Source of the DNA: Candidatus Aenigmatarchaeota archaeon
GTDB taxonomy: Archaea > Aenigmatarchaeota > Aenigmatarchaeia > CG10238-14 > SCSR01
Assembly: GCA_016181005.1 (NCBI GenBank)
Contig: JACPAE010000001.1
Coordinates: 179,885 to 243,884, forward strand
Length of the DNA: 64,000 nt
Reading direction: 5' to 3'
The stretch's first letter is position 1. Every line of letters begins with the position of its first letter. The notes below the pieces were generated by a model. It saw only the letters and a program-made list of their open reading frames with translations, was not told the DNA's origin and made no database searches. The position numbers and the translations under genes are program-made. Below are positions 48,389 to 57,096 of this stretch, piece after piece.

Positions 48389-49165
48389 ATGACTATAAAA
48401 GTTGCTTTAGGTGGATATGGAAGGATGGGAAAGATAGCTGAAAGTTATTTTGCTTCCGATCCGGATATAGAGATTGTTTATGGGGTCACAAGAAATCCTC
48501 CAACTAGAAATTCAGGTCAATTTCCAATTTATCCACCAGAGGTATTGTTAAGTGGCGATTTACCAACTGTTGATATGTGGTTAGATTTTTCTAGACCTGG
48601 AGGTGCGATGCAAAATATACCAACTGTAGTTAAAAAAAGAATCAAACCAATTATAGGAACGACAGGATTTGCTACAGAAGAGCAACAATATTTGAGAAAT
48701 GTACTAGAAGAATCTGGGATTCCTTGTTTTTGGGATTCTAATTTTTCTCTTGGAGTAAATGTAATGGCATATTTGGTAGAACAAGCTACTAAATCACTTC
48801 AAGGTTATGATGTAGAAGTTGGAGAAAGACATCACAACAGAAAAAGAGACGGTCCTAGTGGAACTGAATTAAATATTTTATTTAACGCCATTCGGAGAGT
48901 AAGAGAAGAAGCAACTGAAACATATAGAGAACCTACTAAAGATCATTTGAGAAGACTAGAAGAAGTAGGTCTATCATATCAAAGAGCAGGCGATAATCCC
49001 GGGAGACATGAAGTAGTCTTTGGTGGAAATAGAGAAGAACTAGTAATTTCTCATCAAGTTTTTGAACCCGTCGTTTTTGTCGGTGGCGCTAAAACTGCAA
49101 TTTTATGGTTGTACGAACAAAATACCTCTGGTATATACAGGTTTAGAGACATTCTAGGAATTTAG
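48389..49165 (+). CDS. dapB: Dihydrodipicolinate reductase-like protein
   Basis: 258 aa. N-terminal Rossmann VALGGYGRMGK. Adjacent to dapA. Confidence 0.7.
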   Translation: MTIKVALGGYGRMGKIAESYFASDPDIEIVYGVTRNPPTRNSGQFPIYPPEVLLSGDLPTVDMWLDFSRPGGAMQNIPTVVKKRIKPIIGTTGFATEEQQYLRNVLEESGIPCFWDSNFSLGVNVMAYLVEQATKSLQGYDVEVGERHHNRKRDGPSGTELNILFNAIRRVREEATETYREPTKDHLRRLEEVGLSYQRAGDNPGRHEVVFGGNREELVISHQVFEPVVFVGGAKTAILWLYEQNTSGIYRFRDILGI

Positions 49166-49178
49166 CCAATAAAATAAG

Positions 49179-50522
49179 CTAATAGACTTTTCTTATCTCG
49201 TCTTGAACCTGCTTTACAAAATCTCCCAACCTAACGCCTTGCTTTTCCCCACCATCGTAATTTGACCTGACGGAAATTGTTTTACTCTCTTCCTCTTTCT
49301 TGCCTATAACGAGAGAGTACGGAATCTTTTGCAATTGTACATTTCTTATCTTGTATCCGATTGTGTTAGATTCATAATCACCGACAACTCTTATACCACT
49401 TTCCAAAAGTTCTTTCTCGACCGAGCGCGCATAATTTTCATTCTGCTCGGACAGCGACAAGACTGCAACTTGCACTGGCGCGAGCCAGACAGGGAACTTG
49501 CCTTGATAGTGCTCAATCAAAATTCCGATGAACCTCTCAAGTGAGCCGTATATGACACGATGGATTACAATCGGAGTGTGCTCTTTGCCATCCTCGCCCG
49601 TGTAAGTTAATTGGAATCTACCCGGCATCTGGAAGTCCAGCTGTATGGTTGCGCACTGCCATTCCCTTCCCATCGAGTCCTTTATGTCCACATCAATCTT
49701 CGGTCCGTAGAATGCACCCTCCTTTTCCTTTATCTCAGCCTTTATGCCGTTCTTTTTCGCAACCTTGACAAGAATGTCAACAGCTTTATCCCACTGCTCC
49801 TTCGTTCCCATATGCTCCTCTGGCATCGTTGAAATCTTTACGGTATACTTCAGATCGAAAATGCCATAGAACTTTTTCATCAATTCTATCTGTTCGTGCA
49901 TTTCACCTTCTATCTGGTCTTCCGTGACAAAAATATGTGCGTCATCTTGCGTTAATGATTTAACCCTGAACAAACCGCTTGCGACGCCGCTCAGCTCGTT
50001 CCTGTACAAGACATCAAAATCGGATATCCTTAATGGAAAGTCTTTATAGCTCCATTTCTTGGATTTGTAGAAAAGGAAAGTGGACGGACAATTCATGGGC
50101 TTCAAGCCAAACTCTTCATTTCCAAGCTTGGTGATGAACATATTGTCCTTGTAGTGGTCCCAGTGGCCGCTTACCCGCCACAATACAGTATTTGCAAGCG
50201 CAGGAGCAGATATTTCTATGTAATTCCTTTTGGACAGCTCATTTCGTATAAAGTCAATCAGGATGTTCCTTAGTTTCAGCCCCTTGTCGTGCCAGTACAC
50301 CATCCCGGGCGACGGCTCTTGGAAGCTGAACAGGTCGAGTTTTTCACCGATGATTCTGTGGTCTGTTTCCGGCAGGCCCGCAAAGTCACTTCTCTTTATC
50401 CTCGCCATCATTGCGTGTTCGCTCAAGTTCTCCTCGTGCTTAACCTTCCCAAATTTCTCCTCTTTCTTCGAATAAATTTTTGCTGTCTCTGCCAGAGGAT
50501 GTCCCTTGACTTTGATGTGCAA
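49179..50522 (-). CDS. thrS: Threonyl-tRNA synthetase catalytic core plus anticodon-binding domain. TTG start, or joined to the upstream editing-domain ORF by frameshift.
   Basis: 447 aa. Begins (L/M)HIKVKGHPLAE, matching the conserved CKGHPLSE linker of archaeal ThrRS. Class II motifs present. Confidence 0.85.
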   Translation of the reverse strand: MHIKVKGHPLAETAKIYSKKEEKFGKVKHEENLSEHAMMARIKRSDFAGLPETDHRIIGEKLDLFSFQEPSPGMVYWHDKGLKLRNILIDFIRNELSKRNYIEISAPALANTVLWRVSGHWDHYKDNMFITKLGNEEFGLKPMNCPSTFLFYKSKKWSYKDFPLRISDFDVLYRNELSGVASGLFRVKSLTQDDAHIFVTEDQIEGEMHEQIELMKKFYGIFDLKYTVKISTMPEEHMGTKEQWDKAVDILVKVAKKNGIKAEIKEKEGAFYGPKIDVDIKDSMGREWQCATIQLDFQMPGRFQLTYTGEDGKEHTPIVIHRVIYGSLERFIGILIEHYQGKFPVWLAPVQVAVLSLSEQNENYARSVEKELLESGIRVVGDYESNTIGYKIRNVQLQKIPYSLVIGKKEEESKTISVRSNYDGGEKQGVRLGDFVKQVQDEIRKVY

Positions 50523-50787
50523 CTTGATTCGGATTTGCCAAATCCCTGCTCAAATGCGCGAAAGGATATATCAAAATCTTCTTGCACTTCACCTTGCCGA
50601 GAAAATTCTTCACATCATCTATAGCCTTCTTCCCGACAGATTCGTCGTCACTGTCCTCAACTGAAACAAAGAGCACAACAACGTCTTTGAGCCTGTATTT
50701 TTTTTTGGTTACTTCCTCAGCCTGCTTTATCTCCCTTTTAGTCGGCTCGTATTCGATAAAGTCAGCATGAGACTGCAAAATACGCAT
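50440..50787 (-). CDS. thrS-ed: Archaeal ThrRS N-terminal editing domain (D-aminoacyl-tRNA-deacylase-like), in a different frame from the catalytic ORF
   Basis: 115 aa. ...KKILIYPFAHLSRDLANPNQVA matches the archaeal editing-domain VYPYAHLSSDL region. The last 20 or so aa are out-of-frame read-through of the catalytic ORF. Confidence 0.7.
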   Translation of the reverse strand: MRILQSHADFIEYEPTKREIKQAEEVTKKKYRLKDVVVLFVSVEDSDDESVGKKAIDDVKNFLGKVKCKKILIYPFAHLSRDLANPNQVAHQSQGTSSGRDSKNLFEERGEIWEG

Positions 50788-50839
50788 AAAGCATCAAAAG
50801 TAATTAGTTTTTATAAGTTTATGAAATATTAGCAATTAA

Positions 50840-50912
50840 AGCCCCGTCGTCTAGTGGTCAAGGATACGAGACTCTGGATCTCGGGACATCGGTTCGAATC
50901 CGATCGGGGCTA
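50840..50912 (+). tRNA. tRNA-Gln (CTG)
   Basis: AGCCCCG-TC-GTCT-AGTGGTCAA-GGAT-A-CGAGA-CTCTGGA-TCTCG-GGAC-ATCGG-TTCGAAT-CCGAT-CGGGGCT-A. A1:U72 is typical of archaeal tRNA-Gln. Confidence 0.85.
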
Positions 50913-50947
50913 CTTAGTTATTAAAACAATGATTAGAATGTAACTAA

Positions 50948-51691
50948 TCACTGAACACCAATAGGCAATACCTTAATTTGTGCAGGGACACGATCTGCAA
51001 ATTCTTTTCTTACCATATTACCTTCATCTGCTACAAGCGGTCTTCCAAGGGCATCATACCTGCCAGAATTAGCCGCGACAGAATAGTCCACACAGTTCGA
51101 AACAGGATTCAGAACTGGATCAAGTCCTTTTTGCCATTCTGAACAGTATCCCCACAAATTAAATCCAGGAACTACTTTTATTTCAGAAGGTAAAATTCCA
51201 ATTACTTCTCCGTATTGCGGGCGATTTGATTCTTGTCGCTTTTCTCGAATTACAGGGGACTGTTGTCCAGAAGGTTGTACAGGATATTCTGCAGAGCTGT
51301 TCATTTGTGATGTAATTGCAATACCTCCTACTAATGCAAGAAAGCCTAGAGCAGTAAGATGTCTTCTAACATGAAATCTATCCCAGTTCTCTCTAGCATA
51401 ATCTAGAGCATCTCCAAGCGTATATTCACCAGGTATTCTAAGCCTCCTTTTTTGATAAGTATACAAGCCATCTAAGACAATTCCGTTTTGTAAAGCTTCT
51501 CTAACTTGGTTTCTTCTTTCCCCGTTTCCTAATACACTATCAGGCTCTACTAAAGGCTCTTCTCCAGATTCTCCATACGCTCTTGATAAAGCGGCAATTT
51601 CCTCTGGAGGTATGCCAAAAAATTTACGGTTTCCATACATTGCCAAACTTGCAAAGAATTGGCGTAAATTTCGTTTTCCTTCAAATTTCAT
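50948..51691 (-). CDS. Hypothetical protein with one TM segment
   Basis: 247-aa ORF. Confidence 0.3.
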   Translation of the reverse strand: MKFEGKRNLRQFFASLAMYGNRKFFGIPPEEIAALSRAYGESGEEPLVEPDSVLGNGERRNQVREALQNGIVLDGLYTYQKRRLRIPGEYTLGDALDYARENWDRFHVRRHLTALGFLALVGGIAITSQMNSSAEYPVQPSGQQSPVIREKRQESNRPQYGEVIGILPSEIKVVPGFNLWGYCSEWQKGLDPVLNPVSNCVDYSVAANSGRYDALGRPLVADEGNMVRKEFADRVPAQIKVLPIGVQ

Positions 51692-52037
51692 TTACCCACC
51701 TGTTATATCACTACCGTCTCTTTCTCCTGTTACTGCCTAGTTTAACTTCATTTAGTCTTTGCTTTAAATAATTAATTCTGTTTTGGAGGAACTGCATCTC
51801 CTTGACGCTTCTAGCAAAAAACAATGATTGCTGGGCATCGACCAACTGGTCTTTCAAGAACTCGTTATGGCCTTCGATTAGGCCGTTTCCAATCTTGCCT
51901 CTAAAGCCGTTTGACATGTCACTATATAGTAGTTACTGGTATATAAGCTTTTCGGTTTTCACTATTTAAAGGTAGCGAAATTTATTAATCGGGAAGTTAC
52001 ATGTCTAAAACTTAATCAAACGCTACAATAATAGTTT

Positions 52038-53459
52038 ATGGAGAAAGTCCTGCAGATTGTCCTGAAGAAAATCAGGCCCAAGGCATCTGACGAAAAAAGT
52101 CTGACAGAACTGGCTAAAAGAGCTGTGGAGCTGGCGAATGAAGTATCCAAAAAATACCACGCCAAGGCTATTCTGGCCGGCAGTCTAACTCGGGGCACAT
52201 GGCTTCCAGGGAAAAGAGAATTCGATGTATTCGTTTTATTCCCTCCTGACCTGCCAGAAGACAAGCTGGAGGATTACGGTCTGGCCGTAGGCAAGGAAGT
52301 GGTAAAGAGGTTGAAGGGAAAGTTTTTCGTAGAATACGCGCAACATCCTTATACGTCGGGCATCGTCCAAGGAATAAGCATAGACATAGTGCCCTGCTAT
52401 GAGGTCGAGTCTGCGGAAAAGATAAAATCGGCAGTCGACAGGACGCCTTTCCATGTGAGATACATAGAGAAGAACCTGCCGTTGAAGCTGGCCGACGACG
52501 TGAGATTGTTGAAGCAGTTACTTTCGGCTAACAGGATATATGGGGCAGATGCAAAGACTCAGGGATTCTCCGGCTATGTCTCCGAATTGCTCGTAATTAA
52601 ATACGGCGGATTCTCCAATGTTATAAAGGCGACTTCAGCATGGCAGCCCGGCACGATCATTGACTTGGAAAACAGCTACAAGAAAGAGGATTACCAACAG
52701 CTCATCAGAAGTTTCAAGGGTAACCCGCTGATTTTAATTGACCCGACCGACAAGAACAGGAATACAGCCTCCGCTTTGTCTGTGGAGAATTTTCTGAAAT
52801 TCAAAAAGTTGGCCAAGAGTTTTATAGCAAAGCCTAATGCCAATTACTTCTTCGAAAGCAAGACCAAGCCATTAACTGGCAGGGAGCTTGAAAGGATACT
52901 GGCAGGAAGGAAGACGGAATTAATTGTCGTAAAGTTCAAGCCGCCGAAAGTGGTCCCGGACATTCTTTGGCCTCAATTAAGAAGGTTCACTGAAAGACTT
53001 TCGAATATTCTGGAAGAAACCAAATACGAGTTTAAAGTTTTAAGAAGCGATTGTTATACCGACGAAAAGGATGTGGCAATTGCTTTGTTGGAAATGGAGA
53101 TTTCGAAATTACCTCCTATTCAAAAAAGAATTGGGCCGAGCGTCTTTGATATTAAAGATGCATCAAGATTTTTGGAAAAATACAATCAACCTTTAGCAGG
53201 ACCTTTTGTTGAGGATGATAAATGGGTTGTTGAGATAAGAAGGAGGTTCGTTACTGCCCATGAGAAAGTCTCGGATAGTCTAAAGAACAAAGAAGATATT
53301 TTGAAAGCGAAGGGCGTACCGAATTACATCGCCGCTCAGCTGGCCAAACGGTTTGAAATCGTATCCGATGGGGAAAAGCTTGTAAAATTGGCAAGCAAAA
53401 ACAAGGAATTCGGAATTTTTCTTCGGAATTATTTCAAAAAGGACAAGCCTGCTTTATAA
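52038..53459 (+). CDS. cca: CCA-adding tRNA nucleotidyltransferase, archaeal class I
   Basis: 473 aa. GSLTRGTWLPGKREFDVFVLFP is the nucleotidyltransferase motif. Confidence 0.88.
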   Translation: MEKVLQIVLKKIRPKASDEKSLTELAKRAVELANEVSKKYHAKAILAGSLTRGTWLPGKREFDVFVLFPPDLPEDKLEDYGLAVGKEVVKRLKGKFFVEYAQHPYTSGIVQGISIDIVPCYEVESAEKIKSAVDRTPFHVRYIEKNLPLKLADDVRLLKQLLSANRIYGADAKTQGFSGYVSELLVIKYGGFSNVIKATSAWQPGTIIDLENSYKKEDYQQLIRSFKGNPLILIDPTDKNRNTASALSVENFLKFKKLAKSFIAKPNANYFFESKTKPLTGRELERILAGRKTELIVVKFKPPKVVPDILWPQLRRFTERLSNILEETKYEFKVLRSDCYTDEKDVAIALLEMEISKLPPIQKRIGPSVFDIKDASRFLEKYNQPLAGPFVEDDKWVVEIRRRFVTAHEKVSDSLKNKEDILKAKGVPNYIAAQLAKRFEIVSDGEKLVKLASKNKEFGIFLRNYFKKDKPAL

Positions 53460-53671
53460 CCATTTCGTCTGTTTCCATTTCTTCCCCTCAATACAGTGTC
53501 CATAAGTCTTCTGCCTTCCATTGAGTCGATATCGTAATTCGTGCCACACTGCAGACAATCCAAGTAAAATCCATATTCATATCTCTCGGATTCAAGATAC
53601 ATGTCGCCGCGGCATTTCCCGCAGGCTTTAAATAACCACGTATTTCTTAGTTCGGACAGCCTGTAAGGCAT
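53429..53671 (-). CDS. Small zinc-ribbon protein
   Basis: 80 aa with CGKC...CLQCG. Confidence 0.35.
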   Translation of the reverse strand: MPYRLSELRNTWLFKACGKCRGDMYLESERYEYGFYLDCLQCGTNYDIDSMEGRRLMDTVLRGRNGNRRNGYKAGLSFLK

Positions 53672-53706
53672 ATTGAATATTAAACCGTTAAGAATAAATT
53701 CATATT

Positions 53707-54630
53707 ATGCTGGAGATAACTTTCCTCGGCACTGTGTCGGGAATACCTACAAGAGACAGGAACCATTCAGCCATAATTTTCGAGCACTATACTGATACCA
53801 AATCGACATTGCTGTTCGACTGCGGCGAAGGGACACAGAAGCAGCTGATGCTGGCAGGGATAAACTTCATGGACATTGACAACATATTCATTTCCCACTG
53901 GCATGCCGACCACTTTGCAGGGCTGATTCCTTTAATCCAGACGATGAACATGGAAAAGAGGAGGAAAGAATTGAAGATATACGGGCCGGAGGCGGAGAGA
54001 TTCGTAGCAGACATAATTGACTTGGGATACTTTGGTTTGAGGTTCCCGATAGAGGCAGTTAACGTGCCGTTCGAAGGCGATGAGATAACGACTATATTAG
54101 ATGAGGAGAACTTTGAAGTTTGTTCAGTGCCAATGCTGCATACAGTTCCCAGCGCCGCTTATTGCTTCAAGGAAAAGGACACATGGAACATTGACTTGGG
54201 AAAGTTGAAAGAACACGGTCTGAAGCGCGGTGTTTGGCTGAAGAAATTGAAAAAACATAACGAGGCAGAGTACAAGGGGAAGAAAATAAAGATAGAGGAC
54301 GTCTCAAACAAGAAGGAAGGCTTGAAGGTTGTTTATACAGGCGACACAAAGCCGAATGAAAATACAGTAAAAATTTCTGAGAATGCGGACATGCTTATCC
54401 ATGACGGCACTTTTCTCGAGCTTGACGAGTCAAAGGGCAAATACCATGCAGATGTTGGCGAGGCTGCGAAGATTGCGGAAGAGGCTAACGTGAAAAAGCT
54501 TATACTAACCCACATCAGCAGGAGATATAACAAGGAGGACATCAAGGAGATGGAGGAGAAGGCAAAAAAAATATTTCCTCATACGACAATTGCACATGAT
54601 ATGATGAAGCTTACTTTGAAGAAAAACTGA
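53707..54630 (+). CDS. rnz: Ribonuclease Z (tRNase Z, short form)
   Basis: 307 aa. Metallo-beta-lactamase HWHADH motif. Confidence 0.85.
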   Translation: MLEITFLGTVSGIPTRDRNHSAIIFEHYTDTKSTLLFDCGEGTQKQLMLAGINFMDIDNIFISHWHADHFAGLIPLIQTMNMEKRRKELKIYGPEAERFVADIIDLGYFGLRFPIEAVNVPFEGDEITTILDEENFEVCSVPMLHTVPSAAYCFKEKDTWNIDLGKLKEHGLKRGVWLKKLKKHNEAEYKGKKIKIEDVSNKKEGLKVVYTGDTKPNENTVKISENADMLIHDGTFLELDESKGKYHADVGEAAKIAEEANVKKLILTHISRRYNKEDIKEMEEKAKKIFPHTTIAHDMMKLTLKKN

Positions 54631-54632
54631 AA

Positions 54633-54941
54633 TTATTCTATATAAGCTGTTACTGAAGGAATTCCTAAGAATCTTTCCGTCCTTTCTCTAATCTTAACTT
54701 TAGCACCAATTGGATAAGGAAAATACCTTGCATTATACACTTCTATAACTCTTCCGTCTTCTCCTATTATTTTATAACTATAGCCGGAATAGGTGGGAGT
54801 GGCTGCTAGATTAAAACCTCTAAACTCTGGTCCACCCAAGTCTGGAATAGGAAGTAGTGTATCACTACGGTTGATTACTTCTCCCGTGTATGTTAGCTCT
54901 TCCGTCCCGAAAAGTCTTCTGACTATATTCCAATCAACCAT
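54633..54941 (-). CDS. Hypothetical protein
   Basis: 102-aa ORF. Confidence 0.3.
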   Translation of the reverse strand: MVDWNIVRRLFGTEELTYTGEVINRSDTLLPIPDLGGPEFRGFNLAATPTYSGYSYKIIGEDGRVIEVYNARYFPYPIGAKVKIRERTERFLGIPSVTAYIE

Positions 54942-54993
54942 AATCTTAAAGTGAACGAACAGTTATTTAAAGCGCGCACTTGTATGAATATCT

Positions 54994-55509
54994 ATGAACT
55001 GGGTGATGGTTGGTTTTGTCGTAGCAGCTATAGTCATTTATTCCTTGGTGTACTTGACCAATCCCAAAAACGTAAAAACTGCTTTCAATGCAACTATTTA
55101 TCAATTATTCCACCCAAGCGAAGGTTTCATGTACCTGATAATAGCGGCATTTTTCATCTCAAGCATGCTGATACTCATCCTGCCCAAAGAGCAGATTGTG
55201 TCTTGGATAGGCAGGGAGTCGGGCTGGAAGGGGTTAACCATAGGCGCTGGGCTCGGTGCTGTGACGCCAGGCGGGCCTTTCCTGACATTCCCTATTTTGG
55301 TGGCGTTCACGCAGTCTGGAGCAGGTGTTGGCGCCATAATATCATATCTGACGTCATGGTCCCTCCTAGGCGTGCATAGAGTTTTGGCATGGGAAGTTCC
55401 TTTCTTAGGCTGGAAGTTCGTCCTGGTGAGATTAGCCGTGTCGCTGCTAGTGCCGATAGTTCTGGGCTTCTTGGGGCAATGGCTTTATGATGCGTTGAGA
55501 TTAGAGTAA
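54994..55509 (+). CDS. Integral membrane protein
   Basis: 171 aa with 5-6 TM helices. Confidence 0.4.
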   Translation: MNWVMVGFVVAAIVIYSLVYLTNPKNVKTAFNATIYQLFHPSEGFMYLIIAAFFISSMLILILPKEQIVSWIGRESGWKGLTIGAGLGAVTPGGPFLTFPILVAFTQSGAGVGAIISYLTSWSLLGVHRVLAWEVPFLGWKFVLVRLAVSLLVPIVLGFLGQWLYDALRLE

Positions 55510-55514
55510 GCCGG

Positions 55515-56183
55515 TCAGCATTCATTACCATTCCGTATGCCAAACCTGCTAAAATCAGGAATGTTGCCCCTAGTAAAATATTTGAAAGCAGTTTCCCCAG
55601 GTCTTGTAAACAGTATTTTACCATCGTACCCGTCAACAAAGAGCAGTTCTGTATAAGGAGGTTCGTTCCCCCTAAGTTCAACCCTTTGTATGACTAGATC
55701 CAGATAATTATCGTCGTTTGCACGCACAACATAAGATGGCAGATGATAGTAAGGCTCACCATATACACCGCCTCCAAATTCCGCCAGACTTTTTATTTTC
55801 ATTGTGCCATTTGCCGATGTAACACTGAAGACAGTTTTGCCTTCATAACCGCCTGTTACAAATGTTGCCCTGCCCGGCTGGTAATTCACACACCGGGCCC
55901 ACTTATAGAGGGCATTCTCAGGTTCTTGAAGGAACCTTTTAATGTCATTTAATTCGCGTTCGTCTGCCGGGCTTATTGTGGGGCTTATTGTGATTTGTTG
56001 GGTTGCAGAAGTAGTTGGAGACGCCTGCGCAGTTATTTGAGGTTGCGAGTGTCTAGTTGGTGCGTCACGCAATCTTCCAGACAAACTTGACGCGACCGCA
56101 AAAAACATCCCCAGAGAAAGCACTCCAATAATTGCTAACATTTCCAGTATGTTATCCTTGTTGACGTACTTTCCAATAGGCAT
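55515..56183 (-). CDS. Secreted or membrane-anchored hypothetical protein
   Basis: 222 aa. N-terminal TM/signal segment. Confidence 0.35.
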   Translation of the reverse strand: MPIGKYVNKDNILEMLAIIGVLSLGMFFAVASSLSGRLRDAPTRHSQPQITAQASPTTSATQQITISPTISPADERELNDIKRFLQEPENALYKWARCVNYQPGRATFVTGGYEGKTVFSVTSANGTMKIKSLAEFGGGVYGEPYYHLPSYVVRANDDNYLDLVIQRVELRGNEPPYTELLFVDGYDGKILFTRPGETAFKYFTRGNIPDFSRFGIRNGNEC

Positions 56184-56239
56184 GGCCGATCCCTAAACCT
56201 AAAGTGGAAACCAACTTTTATAAATGGTTGGAATATGGC

Positions 56240-56923
56240 TTAATTAACATGTCTGAGCAGTTTAATGCAGTAATTCTTATCTTTTAAAATTTTACAAACA
56301 GATAATGGTACATAATAGAAGATACCTTTACTTAATTTTCCCCATCTTACACGAACTGAATAGTGTTTAGTTAATTTACATTCGTCCACTAAATATGACA
56401 TCAAATCTTCATAGTGATATTGCCAAATAACTCCAGTCTTACCTTTTCTGATAGACCCGTCTCCATCTATCAAACCAGATAAAAATGCAAAGATTTCTTT
56501 TGGTCTGTAAGTTCCGTCCTTCGGAGGAAATTCGTCATGCAAAATTTTAGAATAAACACGTATTACAGTACTTCCTCTATAGAGAGAAATAGTAGGTTTT
56601 AATCCTATTTTTTGTAACAATTCTATAACTCTTTGCGATATATCTTTGTCCCTAGAATGGTCCAAACCAAATTTTATTGTATACTGGTGTTTTTCTTTGA
56701 ATTTACATCCGTCGGCATAATAAAGACCTAATAACCATTCTAGTTCCCACTCCGATAATCTATCAAGATATATTTGTTTAATTCTAGTTCTACTCCTTTT
56801 GTAATAGCTGATTAAAGACTTTCCTACCCTAACTCCAAATTTCTTATAAATAGCACTAGCTAATTCTGAATAGCTTAATTCCTCACTTTTTATAAATTCT
56901 ACAACTTCTTTTGGGTGCATCAT
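56240..56923 (-). CDS. Free-standing double-motif LAGLIDADG homing-endonuclease-like protein
   Basis: 227 aa with two LAGLIDADG motifs: LLGLYYADGC and LSGLIDGDGS. Confidence 0.75.
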   Translation of the reverse strand: MMHPKEVVEFIKSEELSYSELASAIYKKFGVRVGKSLISYYKRSRTRIKQIYLDRLSEWELEWLLGLYYADGCKFKEKHQYTIKFGLDHSRDKDISQRVIELLQKIGLKPTISLYRGSTVIRVYSKILHDEFPPKDGTYRPKEIFAFLSGLIDGDGSIRKGKTGVIWQYHYEDLMSYLVDECKLTKHYSVRVRWGKLSKGIFYYVPLSVCKILKDKNYCIKLLRHVN

Positions 56924-56996
56924 GATAACACCAAATACAATGTCTGTATACTAGAAGTAATAAAGTTAATCCGAGTTCATTTCCCCAGACGTTTAA

Positions 56997-57096
56997 TGGA
57001 CCGGGAGAGATTTGAACTCTCGTCCCCCTGCTTTCTTAGATATACGGAGCAAAGTCGTATAAGACAGGTGCTCCAACCAGACTAAGCTACCGGTCC
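56997..57096 (-). tRNA. tRNA-Ile (TAT) with 25-nt intron at canonical position
   Basis: GGACCGG-TA-GCTT-AGTCTGGTTG-GAGC-A-CCTGT-CTTATA[25 nt]A-GCAGG-GGGAC-GAGAG-TTCAAAT-CTCTC-CCGGTCC-A. TATACG of exon/intron pairs with intron CGTATA. Confidence 0.7.

Noticed and set aside
50440-50520. Apparent similarity of the editing-ORF tail (KNLFEERGEIWEG) to the ThrRS ILKERGYNV segment
   Set aside because: The same nucleotides encode the conserved KGHPLAE linker in the catalytic ORF frame, so the resemblance is coincidental out-of-frame read-through.
51711-51917. 68-aa ORF with NGLIEGHNEFLK, faintly reminiscent of transposase C-terminal GxIEGxNxxxK motifs
   Set aside because: Too short, and the match is limited to one loose motif. 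No inverted repeats or a full transposase ORF nearby.
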